Translations under genes and position numbers: made by a program
Source: Sulfurovum sp.
GTDB lineage: Bacteria > Campylobacterota > Campylobacteria > Campylobacterales > Sulfurovaceae
Length of the DNA: 35,669 nt
Reading direction: 5' to 3'
NCBI GenBank assembly: GCA_015663065.1
Contig: DQSX01000166.1
Location: 1-35,669, forward strand
The notes under the pieces: generated by a model
The model's database searches: none
What the model was told of the DNA's origin: nothing
The model's input: only the letters and a program-made list of their open reading frames with translations
Part shown: positions 25,881 through 35,669 of the stretch, one piece after another
How the letters are laid out: every line of letters begins with the position of its first letter
How positions within the stretch are numbered: the first letter of the stretch is position 1

Positions 25881-26504
25881 TTAATCGATCTTATTAATTA
25901 TTGGTTTCCCCTTTAATTTAAGATACATCATCGCTGTCATGACTGCATCATTCAATGCATCATGCGCCTGAAGTTTCGGCAGAGCCAGATCTTCCAGGAT
26001 CGTATCGAACCTAAGGTCAATATTGCCCTGAGGTATTCTCGCTATTTTTTTATCGTAATAGATGGCAGAGACTTCCTCCTTTTTGTTAGGTAAAGTAATA
26101 CCCAGCATGGGCTTGATATACTTGTTTATCATCGCCACATCAAACTCCAGATAATACCCCACCAGCGTTCTGTTGCCAATATAATGTAAAAAAGTCTCAA
26201 TGGCCTCTTCTACGGGTATAGCATTTTCAAGATCACAATGCCGTATCTGATGGATCATGATACTCTCAGGGTTTATCTGCTTTTTCTGCTCTACAAACAG
26301 GTGTAACGCTTCATTGGTCAATACTTTATTGCCTTTTACTTTGACCGCACCTATGGAGATGATCTCATCTTTTTTAGGGTTCAATCCTGTAGTTTCACAG
26401 TCAAAAACAACAATTTCATCACTTTCTGACAGATCAAATAAAAAAGAGAACCTTTCATCTTTAAGATGTTTACGATTCCAGTTTTCTATTAGCCTGCTAA
26501 ACAT
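25881..26504 (-). CDS. DEDDh 3'-5' exonuclease (DnaQ-like)
   Basis: FDCETTG, EFDV, HDALND. Confidence 0.9.
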   Translation of the reverse strand: MFSRLIENWNRKHLKDERFSFLFDLSESDEIVVFDCETTGLNPKKDEIISIGAVKVKGNKVLTNEALHLFVEQKKQINPESIMIHQIRHCDLENAIPVEEAIETFLHYIGNRTLVGYYLEFDVAMINKYIKPMLGITLPNKKEEVSAIYYDKKIARIPQGNIDLRFDTILEDLALPKLQAHDALNDAVMTAMMYLKLKGKPIINKID

Positions 26505-26516
26505 ATTGATCCTTAC

Positions 26517-28343
26517 CTAAGAAACCATCGAGAGATGAAAGTGATAACTTACTACTTTTTTAAAGTTCTCAACCGTCTTTAGTGCCTCTTTAAGCGTATC
26601 TCTTTCAAGTTTACCCAAAGTTCTTAAACAGATGTAGTTATCTAGCTCTTTTTTGGCTTCAAGTTTCTCAAGCTGTGCATGCAGTCTCAGGCTATTAAGC
26701 ACTTCAAGCGTCTCAAGAAGATCATGGGCATCTTCTTTGTTCATATACCCAACGTCATTCAGTGCTTTGATACGCTCGGTAGTGTTGGTCTTGGTAATGC
26801 CGTGCTCCAGTGCCAAAGCTCTGACACCGTGCACAATGGCAAAGAGTGCACCTTTTTTAATGTCTATTTCATCTTTATGTGCTTTGTCGGCAGCTATGAA
26901 ACGTGAAAAAAGGCCCAGGGGAGACTCAAAACTCTCAATGGACCTTGCAAAGTACGGTAAAAACTCTTTATGCTCTTTCACTTTGCTCATAAGGTACGTT
27001 CTCAATGTTTTAAAGAGGTCAATATTCCCGGCAACCGCATAAGTATCGAAGAGAATGGCCATATTCATCAAACCCTTATAATCCGGCGCTGTGACCCAGG
27101 AAGCAATATCTTTTTTGTACGCTGTAACCTGCTTTGACCATTGTGGGTTAATGACCATCACATTGCCTTTACATCTTGGGTAACCAATGGCATCAAGTAC
27201 TTCTATGAATTTAAGCGTCATCTCCTCTTTCTCTTCAGGCTCAAAGCCATCTTCAAAAATGAGTGCATTGTCCTGGTCAGTACGCAGTATCTGCTCTCCA
27301 CGCCCTTCTGATCCCAAAAGAACTAAAGTACAGTGATCATGCCAGGATTTCGGGAAGACAAAAGTAAAGAGCTTCGCATACATTTTTTTATGTATTTCTG
27401 AAACCATTTTTGCAATATAACGGCTTTTCACCCCTCTTGAATGAAGAAGTGTCACCATAACATCTACTCTCTTTGCAGCCTCTATCACCTCTTCAATATT
27501 TTCTGCCCTCTCCATCTGCACAGAGATAAGATGAGACTGGTGGGAAAGAGAGGAGAGCAGATCACTCAGTTCAAGGATACCGATGACTTTTTCATTCTCA
27601 TTGACAACAGGCAAATGTTTGATGTTGTGTTCTGTCATGAGCAAAAGGACATTAAAAAGCAGTTCATCTTCTTCTGTGGAGATGAGCGGGTACGATTGTA
27701 TTTGGGAGATAGTGACGAGTGCATCTTCCTCTTTATGTAAAATATAATAGCGCAGGTCAGCATCGGTCACAATACCGTAACCAAACTCATTTTCCACAAT
27801 GATCGCAGCAGCACGTGAGTTTTCAAGTTTTTTCAATGCATCAAGTATGGGCATATCAGCATCTACAATGCACACCGAATGCAATATATTTTCATCTACC
27901 CTTGCGACCATCATTTCTGCAGATTTCATGTTGTTCTTTTTCTCTTTCATGAAGGCCATACGTTCCATAATAGTGGAGAGAAAGTAGGTTTTAAACTCTT
28001 TATTTTTTTTGCTGATATCTAAAAATACTTCTGCAGGTATTTCGTAACATATGAGTTCCTGGGTAACCACATATCTGTCTTTGGAACCTTTGTTTCGTAT
28101 GAGTTCTATGGCAGCAAAAACATCATAGTTCTGATAGACATCCGTAAGGTCTTCACCCTCTTTGGCTTTGACAATACCTTTAATGACCACATAGACATTT
28201 TCAGGTACCGTCTTCTCTTCTATAAGAACCGTATCCTGAGGATAATAAGCAATTTGTGAGGATGCTTCTATGGTTTTGAAGGTAGCATCGTCCAAAAGTG
28301 AAAAAGGTAAATGTGTTTTTAAATTATCCAATAATGCGATCAA
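26517..28343 (-). CDS. cNMP-binding + CBS pair + DUF294 nucleotidyltransferase protein
   Basis: N-terminal cNMP fold, GIVTDADLR and HLPVV CBS motifs, GSEGRGEQ..TDQDN, IDIKKG; TTG start at 28343 behind GAGGA. Confidence 0.9.
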   Translation of the reverse strand: MIALLDNLKTHLPFSLLDDATFKTIEASSQIAYYPQDTVLIEEKTVPENVYVVIKGIVKAKEGEDLTDVYQNYDVFAAIELIRNKGSKDRYVVTQELICYEIPAEVFLDISKKNKEFKTYFLSTIMERMAFMKEKKNNMKSAEMMVARVDENILHSVCIVDADMPILDALKKLENSRAAAIIVENEFGYGIVTDADLRYYILHKEEDALVTISQIQSYPLISTEEDELLFNVLLLMTEHNIKHLPVVNENEKVIGILELSDLLSSLSHQSHLISVQMERAENIEEVIEAAKRVDVMVTLLHSRGVKSRYIAKMVSEIHKKMYAKLFTFVFPKSWHDHCTLVLLGSEGRGEQILRTDQDNALIFEDGFEPEEKEEMTLKFIEVLDAIGYPRCKGNVMVINPQWSKQVTAYKKDIASWVTAPDYKGLMNMAILFDTYAVAGNIDLFKTLRTYLMSKVKEHKEFLPYFARSIESFESPLGLFSRFIAADKAHKDEIDIKKGALFAIVHGVRALALEHGITKTNTTERIKALNDVGYMNKEDAHDLLETLEVLNSLRLHAQLEKLEAKKELDNYICLRTLGKLERDTLKEALKTVENFKKVVSYHFHLSMVS

Positions 28344-28404
28344 TATTATTCCTCTACTATGAATGATTTGGCCAATCCAGGGTAGTGGACTGGTCAAAGC
28401 ATTC

Positions 28405-28428
28405 AAACAGGGTCCAAAGACCCTGTTT
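28405..28428 (-). terminator. Hairpin after actP (weak terminator or stabiliser)
   Basis: AAACAGGGTC-caaa-GACCCTGTTT, perfect 10-bp stem, short U tract. Confidence 0.6.
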
Positions 28429-28444
28429 AAACTTTTTGTTGCCT

Positions 28445-30124
28445 TTAGTGCTCAGATGCACCTTCTGCACCAATACCAGTTTGTGATCTGATATCCTGTG
28501 CTTCAAAGGCTTCGATCTCTTTCGCCGCAGCATCACTCTTATCTGTGATCGAGAAGAACCAGATAGCTATGAAGGCTACTGTTACCGAGAACAATGCCGG
28601 GTATTTGTAAGGGAAGATAGCTTCTGCATTTCCAAAGATCTGTACCCAGACGATCGGTCCGAGGATAACAAGCAGGATCGCTGTTCCAAGTCCAAGACTA
28701 CCACCGATAACCGCACCCCTTGTAGTGAGTTTACTCCAAAACATAGAAAGGAACAATACCGGGAAGTTGGCAGATGCCGCAATAGCGAACGCCAAACCAA
28801 CCACAAAGGCAATGTTCTGCTGCTCAAATGCAATACCAAGTAAGACAGAAAGGATCCCAAGTGCTACAGTTGCAATTTTGGAAACTCTCATCTCTTTGGC
28901 TTCATCTACTTCTCCATGTTTATTGAACACGTTCGCATACAAGTCATGTGAAATGGCTGATGCACCGGCCAATGTAAGACCGGAAACAACCGCAAGGATC
29001 GTTGCAAAAGCAACAGCAGAGATGAACCCTAAGAAGAAGTTACCACCCACTGCATGAGACAGGTGGATCGCTGCCATGTTCTTACCGCCAAGTATCGGAG
29101 ATCCGCCAGAGATCGCTTGTTTCGCAAGGTCTAGGTATTCAGGGTTATTAAGCACCATGATGATCGCACCAAAACCGATGATGAATGTCAGGATGTAGAA
29201 GTAACCAATGAAACCAGTAGCATAAAATACAGACTTTCTTGCCTCTTTCGCATCAGAAACCGTAAAGAATCTCATAAGAATGTGAGGAAGACCCGCTGTA
29301 CCGAACATAAGAGCAACACCAAGTGAAATGGCTGAAATCGGGTCAGAGACCAATCCACCAGGAGCCATGATCGCTTCGCCTTTGCCGTGTACTTCGATCG
29401 CTGCCGTGAACATTGCATCAAGAGAGAATCCAAAGTGACTCATCACTGCCAATGCCATAAATGTAGCACCCGAAAGCAGAAGGATCGCTTTAATGATCTG
29501 AACCCATGTTGTAGCAAGCATACCACCGAATGTCACATAAAGGATCATCAGTGTACCCACAAGAACAACCGCCAACTCATACGGAAGACCGAAAAGAAGT
29601 TGGATAAGCTTACCTGCACCAACCATCTGAGCGATCAGATACAGGATAACCGTTGCAATAGAACCAAAAGCAGCCAGTGTTCTGATAGGCGTTTGCTTAA
29701 GTCTATACGCTGCAACATCTGCAAAGGTATATTTACCAAGGTTTCTCAATCTCTCAGAGATCAGGAAAAGAATGATCGGCCAACCGACAAGGAAACCGAT
29801 AGAGTAAATAAGACCATCATAACCGGCAAGATAAACAAGTCCGGAAATACCAAGGAAAGATGCCGCTGACATGTAGTCACCCGCGATCGCCATACCATTT
29901 TGGAAACCTGTGATCCCGCCACCCGCAGTGTAGAAATCTTTTGCTGTTTTTGTTCTTTTTGAAGCCCAGTAAGTAATACCCAATGTACCTGCAACAAAAA
30001 TAAGGAACATGATAATAGCAGAGATGTTTAGAGGCTGTTTTTGAACTTCGCCCTCTATGGCACCTGCTGCAAATGCACCTACAGTAAGCAATAACGGTAA
30101 TGTTAATAGTAATAATTTTTTCAT
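28445..30124 (-). CDS. actP: Cation/acetate symporter ActP
   Basis: [33 protein letters not shown]; SSS family. Confidence 0.96.
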   Translation of the reverse strand: MKKLLLLTLPLLLTVGAFAAGAIEGEVQKQPLNISAIIMFLIFVAGTLGITYWASKRTKTAKDFYTAGGGITGFQNGMAIAGDYMSAASFLGISGLVYLAGYDGLIYSIGFLVGWPIILFLISERLRNLGKYTFADVAAYRLKQTPIRTLAAFGSIATVILYLIAQMVGAGKLIQLLFGLPYELAVVLVGTLMILYVTFGGMLATTWVQIIKAILLLSGATFMALAVMSHFGFSLDAMFTAAIEVHGKGEAIMAPGGLVSDPISAISLGVALMFGTAGLPHILMRFFTVSDAKEARKSVFYATGFIGYFYILTFIIGFGAIIMVLNNPEYLDLAKQAISGGSPILGGKNMAAIHLSHAVGGNFFLGFISAVAFATILAVVSGLTLAGASAISHDLYANVFNKHGEVDEAKEMRVSKIATVALGILSVLLGIAFEQQNIAFVVGLAFAIAASANFPVLFLSMFWSKLTTRGAVIGGSLGLGTAILLVILGPIVWVQIFGNAEAIFPYKYPALFSVTVAFIAIWFFSITDKSDAAAKEIEAFEAQDIRSQTGIGAEGASEH

Positions 30125-30438
30125 TATGCTATGTCTCCCAATTCTTCTCTTACTTCTCTTGTCAGTTCATCAAACTCACCGTTTGCTCTTCTAACATAAA
30201 TACCTGCCAATACAAAGGCAATGAAAATAATGGCAATTCCTATAGGAATACCTATCGTCATTACGCCATCACCTATTTTAGTACCTAAGGCTTCTGGATT
30301 AAATGCGATCGTCATAATGAATGCATAATAGACCACCAACATAATGATTGAGAGTGTCCAGGCAAACCTGCTTCTCTCAGACACGAGCTTTTGATATTTC
30401 GGGTTATTTTTAACCTGTTCTATTTGTTCTTTTGTCAT
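30124..30438 (-). CDS. yjcH: DUF485 membrane protein (YjcH-like)
   Basis: Two TMs, [10 protein letters not shown]; stop overlaps the actP start. Confidence 0.88.
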   Translation of the reverse strand: MTKEQIEQVKNNPKYQKLVSERSRFAWTLSIIMLVVYYAFIMTIAFNPEALGTKIGDGVMTIGIPIGIAIIFIAFVLAGIYVRRANGEFDELTREVREELGDIA

Positions 30439-30450
30439 ACTTTTCCTTTA

Positions 30451-31803
30451 TTAAAAGTTGTAATTTGCAATGATTCTATACTCATCCCAGTCAAGACCTT
30501 CTTTAAAGTCTCTTGGGTAATTTGCTCTTGCTCTGAGACTAAGTCCCTCTACCTGTTCTACTTTGTAAGTAACATCCCAACCAGATTCTGTAGCTTTCCA
30601 TGCGTTATCCGGAACATAAATGTTTCCCAGACCTACATCAAACGAAGCATAGTAAGCAACCGCTTTTACACCATACTCTTTAAGGTTATACACAGCAGCT
30701 ACTTTCCATGCATCTGTATTGGCAAAGAATTGGTGTCTTGTTACCATTCCCTGTGTATATGCCGGCATACCACCCCATGGAGTGATCACGTTTCCACCAG
30801 TATCTGTGTTGCTGTCACCTGTAGTAGAGTAAGCAGCATAGGCTGAAAAATCATTATATACACCGGTGATCTTACCTGCTATATAATTCGTATCTACAGA
30901 ACCTGCTAATCTATCACCGATATCCTGCTCATTAATGTATTGTGCCGAAAGTTTCACTTTTGCAGCTTCATTGACAGCGATCGTGTAATCACCATCCAAA
31001 TAAACAGCATTCAAAATGTCCCAGGCAATGTAGTCCCAGGCTTGTACTTTAAGACCTTCAATACCTGTGTACACAGCAGCAAGTACTGAAACTCCGGATG
31101 TTTCATTGTCAACAAAATTACCGTTTGCATCTTTTGAACCAAGTGCAACCGTACCCATATTTACAAAATCTCCACTCAAGGCTTCTTGCATCCCAAGACC
31201 GTAACCTGAAGTTAGACCAAGTGCACCGCCATTATAGATATTTCCAAAGGTACCTACTGTTTCTCTAAATACATGCCCAGCGATCAACGTAGTATTTTCA
31301 ATATCAGTGTTACTTACAACAACTGATTCGAAAAGGTTTGGCAACATTCTTGCATCATCTGCACCTGCCAATGGCGTATCAAGTCTCATACGACCTGCTT
31401 TGATGTTTGTATTAGAGAATTTATAATTCAAATATGCTTGACCAATAAACGCATAGTTTTCACCACCACGTCCATAAAGTGCAGGATCATATTTTGCCCA
31501 AGTTCCGGCATCCTGTACCGGAGTAATATCATGAATACCCAAGTTAAACGTACCATAGGCTGCAACTGCTGCTGTCAATCCGTTAAAATCAGGTGTCTTA
31601 TAACCAATGTAACCACCTGTTGCCAGTGAGTTACGGTTGTTATTTACAATTCCCATATATGTTCTGTCTATATAAAACGTTCTGGACTGCCCGAAAACCT
31701 CTCCCCAGTCTGCCTCTGCTTCAACCACTGGTGCCGGAGCCAAGTCTCCACCTGCCATGATCATTGTCGATGCTATTACCGATAGCACTAATGTCTTTTT
31801 CAT
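30451..31803 (-). CDS. Outer-membrane porin (OprD-like)
   Basis: Signal peptide MKKTLVLS, DDARMLPNLFE, C-terminal YNF; start moved to 31803 behind AAGGA. Confidence 0.82.
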   Translation of the reverse strand: MKKTLVLSVIASTMIMAGGDLAPAPVVEAEADWGEVFGQSRTFYIDRTYMGIVNNNRNSLATGGYIGYKTPDFNGLTAAVAAYGTFNLGIHDITPVQDAGTWAKYDPALYGRGGENYAFIGQAYLNYKFSNTNIKAGRMRLDTPLAGADDARMLPNLFESVVVSNTDIENTTLIAGHVFRETVGTFGNIYNGGALGLTSGYGLGMQEALSGDFVNMGTVALGSKDANGNFVDNETSGVSVLAAVYTGIEGLKVQAWDYIAWDILNAVYLDGDYTIAVNEAAKVKLSAQYINEQDIGDRLAGSVDTNYIAGKITGVYNDFSAYAAYSTTGDSNTDTGGNVITPWGGMPAYTQGMVTRHQFFANTDAWKVAAVYNLKEYGVKAVAYYASFDVGLGNIYVPDNAWKATESGWDVTYKVEQVEGLSLRARANYPRDFKEGLDWDEYRIIANYNF

Positions 31804-31848
31804 AATTTTTCCTTGTAGTTTTTTACTCTTTAGTATGAAATAGAAAAG

Positions 31849-31865
31849 TAGCATTAAAATAGCAT
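31849..31865 (-). promoter_or_regulatory. TAGCAT direct repeat (11-bp period), candidate OmpR-family binding site
   Basis: TAGCAT at 31849 and 31860, upstream of a candidate -10 (CATACT, 31832-31837). Confidence 0.4.
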
Positions 31866-31957
31866 GTTGTTTTTTACTGAAATTTAGCACATAAAAAAAT
31901 GAAGATGTAGCGTTTGGTTACACAAATATTAACGGTATGTTAATAAACAGAAGCGTG

Positions 31958-32620
31958 TCAGTAGTGTTTGTTGACCCTGTAGCCAATCCCTTTAAGACTC
32001 TCTACAAGATCCTCTTTCAGTACCTGTCTTACTCTGTGTACTTCGGCCCTGATGGTTGCATTGTCTACCGGTGTATCTTCCCAGACATAATATCTGAGCA
32101 TATCAAAATCAACGATCTTACCAATGTTTGAAGCAAAAAGATGAATGATCTGCGACTGTTTCGGTGTCAGCGACTGTTCAGCACTGTCAAACAGAAGTCT
32201 GGATTTTTCAAGGTCATAGGTATACATCTTAGAGATCTTAACAATGCTTTTAGACTCGACTTTTGCCATTTTAAGCAAACGCTCCATATGTAGTGTAAGC
32301 TCTTTGAGATGAAAAGGTTTTTTCAGGTAGTCATAACAACCCAGCTCATAGGCTTTTGTGATCTGCTCTATCTGGGTAATGGCAGAGATGAAGATAGTTG
32401 GCACGAAGATCTTCTCTTTTTGAAGCTTCTCCAAAAGAGAAAGGCCGTCAATAGTAGGTGTGTTGATGTCAAAAATAAACAGATCATGGGTCATCTGTTT
32501 GGCGTGTTCAAAGGCTTCCTGACCATCTTCAAAAGCATCCACCTCATACCCTGTATCTGTCAGGTACTCAACAATAGCAGACTGCAACATCAATTCATCT
32601 TCAAGTAAAAGGATCTTCAT
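31958..32620 (-). CDS. OmpR-family response regulator
   Basis: LLEDE, FDIN phospho-Asp, KKPF, wHTH ending KGIGY. Confidence 0.93.
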   Translation of the reverse strand: MKILLLEDELMLQSAIVEYLTDTGYEVDAFEDGQEAFEHAKQMTHDLFIFDINTPTIDGLSLLEKLQKEKIFVPTIFISAITQIEQITKAYELGCYDYLKKPFHLKELTLHMERLLKMAKVESKSIVKISKMYTYDLEKSRLLFDSAEQSLTPKQSQIIHLFASNIGKIVDFDMLRYYVWEDTPVDNATIRAEVHRVRQVLKEDLVESLKGIGYRVNKHY

Positions 32621-32628
32621 CTCTACCC

Positions 32629-34254
32629 TTAGGCTACATTATTTGTAAAATTATAGCGAAATATAGTTTGTTCCCTGCCCGACTCCACAGTCACAAGCAC
32701 ATTCTCTTTTTTACAGATGGAGTGTACGATCTCAAGTCCCAATCCAAAACCGCCCTGTGCCTCCTCTTCCTGATGAAATGGTTCAAAAATACGGTCTGTG
32801 TCTTCGATCTGTTTAGAGTACGTGACAAAGGTTAAAAATACGCTCTTCTTTACTTTTTTCAACGTCACTTTGATATCAGAGTCTTTGTTTGCATATTTGA
32901 TTGCATTGGAGAGGTTGTTATCTACTATTCTTTGCAGTTCAATGTCTGAAAAATATAGTTTAATATCGTCTTCTATTTCATAGACTATCTTATGCCTGTT
33001 TCCCGAAGCAATATCTTCAAAAAAATCAATACGGTTCTCTAAAAACAGTGAAAAGAAGATCCACTGTTTTTCATACACAAAACGGTCCTTTTTTACCATA
33101 TAAGAGAGATCATCATATATATTTGCGATCAACTTTGACGCCGCTTCTATTTTGGACAGATATTTGTCTTCACCAAATTTCATTTTACGAATGTCTATAT
33201 GGGTCATGATCACTGCAAGCGGTGTATTGATCTCGTGAATGGAGTGCTTTATGAAAGAGTCCTGTGCTTTCACCAGAGATTCGGAAAACTCTTTCTCTTT
33301 TACTAACAGTCTGTTCTGCCGGGAAAGGTCTTTTGTCTTCTGCGCTACCCTTTTCTCAAGCTCTACATTGATCTCTTTGAGATTCTGTTTTCTTTTATGG
33401 ATCGTATCGACCATCTCATTAATGTACTTGACCAATTTTTTAAACTCTAAAAGATGTATCTGATCCTGGTCAATGGTCGTATGGGTTGTGGCAGCACTTT
33501 TAAAAAACTGGCTAAAAGCAGCGATCTCTTTGGCTATGAGATGGTTAATGACCCACAGACCGGTCAATCCCAGACCAAAGAGTATAACAGTAAGAGAGAA
33601 GATCTCCATCATATATTTGACAAGTCTCTTTTTCAAAGCAGCTTTTTCAACAGAGATCAGTTTTTCAACTTCATCCAGGTAGACACCCGTACCGATCATC
33701 CATCCCCAGGGTTTGAATGCTTTGGCATAAGAAATTTTGGCGGTGGGTACTTCTGTCACCGGCTTTTTCCACATATACTCAACAAAGCCGCCATGACTCT
33801 TTTGCGAAACATCAATAAGGTCTCGTATTACATACACACCGTTGGGGTCTTGAAAATGAAGTAGATTTCGGCCTTTATTGTCCAGGTTCAAAGGGTCAGA
33901 AAGATTGCTGCCGTTAAAATCATAAATAAATATATACCCTGTACCGTCTTGTCGCCCGTAAAGCTGCTCAATAGTAGACAAGACCTCTTCTTTGAGCTCT
34001 TTTTCAGGTAAATGCCCTCTTCTGTTGCTATAGACATAGTCTATATAGTTCAACACTCTGTTCGTATCAAACGAAATGGTCTTTTTTTGCTCTTGCATGT
34101 AGTTTTTACGCATAGAGACCACTTCTCTGTCAAAATCATTATACTCTTCATAAATGACCAAAAAAGAAAAAAGTACCACAAAAAGGAGTATTGCAAACAT
34201 ACCCCAACCGTAAAAGGTAGTGATCTTTTTGTTTTTGAAGAGATTTGAGAACAT
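32629..34254 (-). CDS. Cache-domain sensor histidine kinase
   Basis: Two TMs around an sCache_2-like domain (YIFIYD, YMWKKP, KISYA, WMIGTGVY); HEINTPL, NAIKY, GFGLGL. Confidence 0.92.
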   Translation of the reverse strand: MFSNLFKNKKITTFYGWGMFAILLFVVLFSFLVIYEEYNDFDREVVSMRKNYMQEQKKTISFDTNRVLNYIDYVYSNRRGHLPEKELKEEVLSTIEQLYGRQDGTGYIFIYDFNGSNLSDPLNLDNKGRNLLHFQDPNGVYVIRDLIDVSQKSHGGFVEYMWKKPVTEVPTAKISYAKAFKPWGWMIGTGVYLDEVEKLISVEKAALKKRLVKYMMEIFSLTVILFGLGLTGLWVINHLIAKEIAAFSQFFKSAATTHTTIDQDQIHLLEFKKLVKYINEMVDTIHKRKQNLKEINVELEKRVAQKTKDLSRQNRLLVKEKEFSESLVKAQDSFIKHSIHEINTPLAVIMTHIDIRKMKFGEDKYLSKIEAASKLIANIYDDLSYMVKKDRFVYEKQWIFFSLFLENRIDFFEDIASGNRHKIVYEIEDDIKLYFSDIELQRIVDNNLSNAIKYANKDSDIKVTLKKVKKSVFLTFVTYSKQIEDTDRIFEPFHQEEEAQGGFGLGLEIVHSICKKENVLVTVESGREQTIFRYNFTNNVA

Positions 34255-34260
34255 AAAGGT

Positions 34261-35295
34261 TTAAACGATTTCTATCTTCTCTACCACATCCAGACCAAAA
34301 CCGCCTAGTCCTACGAATTCTGTCTCTTTAGAGCTTGTAATAAGGTTGATGTTCTTAATGCCTAGGTCTTTGAGTATCTGTGCACCGACACCAAACTCTC
34401 TTGCCTGCTCTTTTGAAATGGTTTTCGTATCTAAAAATATCAGTACACCGCCGTTTTGCTTGAGGTAATCAATGGCGTTGTTCAAAGCAGAAAAACGTTT
34501 ACAGTCCAGTACAAGATCAATATCCTGTCCAATGTTGTGAAACTTTACATTGGCTGTCTCATGTGTTTTGTAGAACTGTATGACTGTATGGGTACGGTCA
34601 AGGTGGTCTTTATAGATGCGTTTTTCAACTTTGGTCTCTTTAAACGTACTCTCTTCCGAAGAGACAAGATGCACAAGCTTCTCATTGGCCAAACGGTACT
34701 CAACAATGTCTGAAATATAGACTATGGACATAGCATGCTCTTTTGCAAAGACCTCCAGGTCATCCATACGTGCCATTTTTCCGTCATCTTTGATGATCTC
34801 ACAGATCACGGCAGCCGGGGCAAGCCCTGCGAGTTTACAAAGGTCCACAGAACCTTCGGTGTGTCCTGTTCTCACAAGCACCCCACCATCTTTTGCAATA
34901 AGCGGGAATATATGCCCCGGTCGCACAAAATCAGCAGCAACAGTCAAAGGGTTGGAAAGTTTGGAGATACAGTCATCTCTCTCATCCGCAGAAATACCCG
35001 TTGTCGCATTCGCAGAGTCTATAGAGACTGTAAACGCTGTTTCATGGTTGGAGACATTGTTCGAGACCATAGGCATAAGGTCAAGTTTCTCAGCGATCTT
35101 TTTAGTCACCGGTGTACAGATGAGCCCTCTGGCCTCTTTGGCCATGAAGTTCACCATTTCCGGTGTTGAAAAGGTTGCCGCATAGACAAGATCACCCTCA
35201 TTTTCCCTGTCCTCATCATCCATCATGATGACCATTTTCCCACGTTTGATGTCGTCTATTGCTTTCTCAACTCTACTTATCGGATCGTTTACCAT
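34261..35295 (-). CDS. ribB: DHBP synthase RibB fused to a degenerate GTP cyclohydrolase II-like domain
   Basis: DDEDRENEGD, RPGHIFPL, RTGHTEG; C-terminal domain keeps GVGAQIL but lacks the Zn-binding Cys cluster. Confidence 0.9.
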   Translation of the reverse strand: MVNDPISRVEKAIDDIKRGKMVIMMDDEDRENEGDLVYAATFSTPEMVNFMAKEARGLICTPVTKKIAEKLDLMPMVSNNVSNHETAFTVSIDSANATTGISADERDDCISKLSNPLTVAADFVRPGHIFPLIAKDGGVLVRTGHTEGSVDLCKLAGLAPAAVICEIIKDDGKMARMDDLEVFAKEHAMSIVYISDIVEYRLANEKLVHLVSSEESTFKETKVEKRIYKDHLDRTHTVIQFYKTHETANVKFHNIGQDIDLVLDCKRFSALNNAIDYLKQNGGVLIFLDTKTISKEQAREFGVGAQILKDLGIKNINLITSSKETEFVGLGGFGLDVVEKIEIV

Positions 35296-35330
35296 TACAT
35301 TTTCCTATCAGCTATCTTATAGTTTTTGTA

Positions 35331-35336
35331 ATTATA
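35331..35336 (-). promoter_or_regulatory. -10 box for ribB
   Basis: TATAAT on the minus strand about 35 nt upstream of the ATG. Confidence 0.5.
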
Positions 35337-35376
35337 CCTCAATATTTAAATTTTTTTACATTTTTTTTTAAAACTC

Positions 35377-35405
35377 TTGACATGAAAGGGTTTTGGTGCT
35401 ATAAT
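35377..35405 (+). promoter_or_regulatory. Consensus sigma70 promoter of the tRNA operon
   Basis: TTGACA-17 bp-TATAAT with TGn extension. Confidence 0.85.
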
Positions 35406-35438
35406 GCCGTCCACATAAGCAATAAAGCTTGTAAATGT

Positions 35439-35513
35439 TGGGGTATCGCCAAGCGGTAAGGCACTAGTTTTTGGTACTGGCATTCGGGGGTTCGAATCCC
35501 TCTACCCCATCCA
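35439..35513 (+). tRNA. tRNA-Gln(UUG)
   Basis: TGGGGTA/TACCCCA acceptor stem, TTG anticodon, GTTCGAATC, encoded CCA. Confidence 0.96.
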
Positions 35514-35591
35514 TCGGAACATTATCTTCCTTTAAGAAAAAGAAGGTAAACTTCCACTCCATTAAGTTTGAAAGAACTTATAAATTCCTGT

Positions 35592-35668
<77 letters not shown>

Positions 35669-35669
35669 A

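Noticed and set aside
28344-28406. Longer starts in the ORF track (also 1808, 7873, 17921, 19659, 31890)
   Set aside because: Downstream starts fit better with RBS or promoter position and family N-termini; the extensions cross hairpins, promoters or neighbouring genes
34261-34700. Degenerate GTP cyclohydrolase II domain as a novelty
   Set aside because: RibB fusions with an inactive RibA-like domain are already known
35296-35376. FMN riboswitch upstream of ribB
   Set aside because: Leader is short and AT-rich with no RFN consensus
995-35459. Many 60-180 aa ORFs antisense to or overlapping the assigned genes
   Set aside because: They shadow well-supported genes and show no recognisable motifs

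Overview
Campylobacterota-type (most likely Sulfurovum-like, inferred from gene content and protein style) chromosomal window. 0.5-19.4 kb is a [NiFe]-hydrogenase island, almost all on the minus strand: tetR + cytoplasmic group 2d-like small/large subunits; membrane-bound group 1b hydABC + hydD + a HypF-like hydE + hypF; Ni transporter + hypBCDE + hypX + hypA + DUF695 protein; and a second, convergent maturation protease. 19.5-23.7 kb holds a small membrane protein, an uncharacterised membrane protein/vWA-like pair, an S41 lipoprotein protease and a family-4 UDG. 23.8-34.3 kb is an acetate module (Cache HK/RR, porin, DUF485, actP, cNMP-CBS-nucleotidyltransferase, DEDDh exonuclease, acs). The window ends with ribB(A), tRNA-Gln and tRNA-fMet. 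Main findings: (1) a TGAAT-N4-ATTCA palindrome next to the -10 box of all three hydrogenase transcription units, suggesting a TetR regulon possibly linked to the cytoplasmic hydrogenase; (2) one REP-like palindromic element translated in frame inside both hypX and hypF, plus other short in-frame inserts; (3) apparent pseudo-enzyme paralogues (HydD lacking metal ligands, HydE as a catalytically stripped HypF); (4) a putative nucleotidyl writer/eraser pair inside the acetate operon. No database searches were run; family calls rest on visible motifs.
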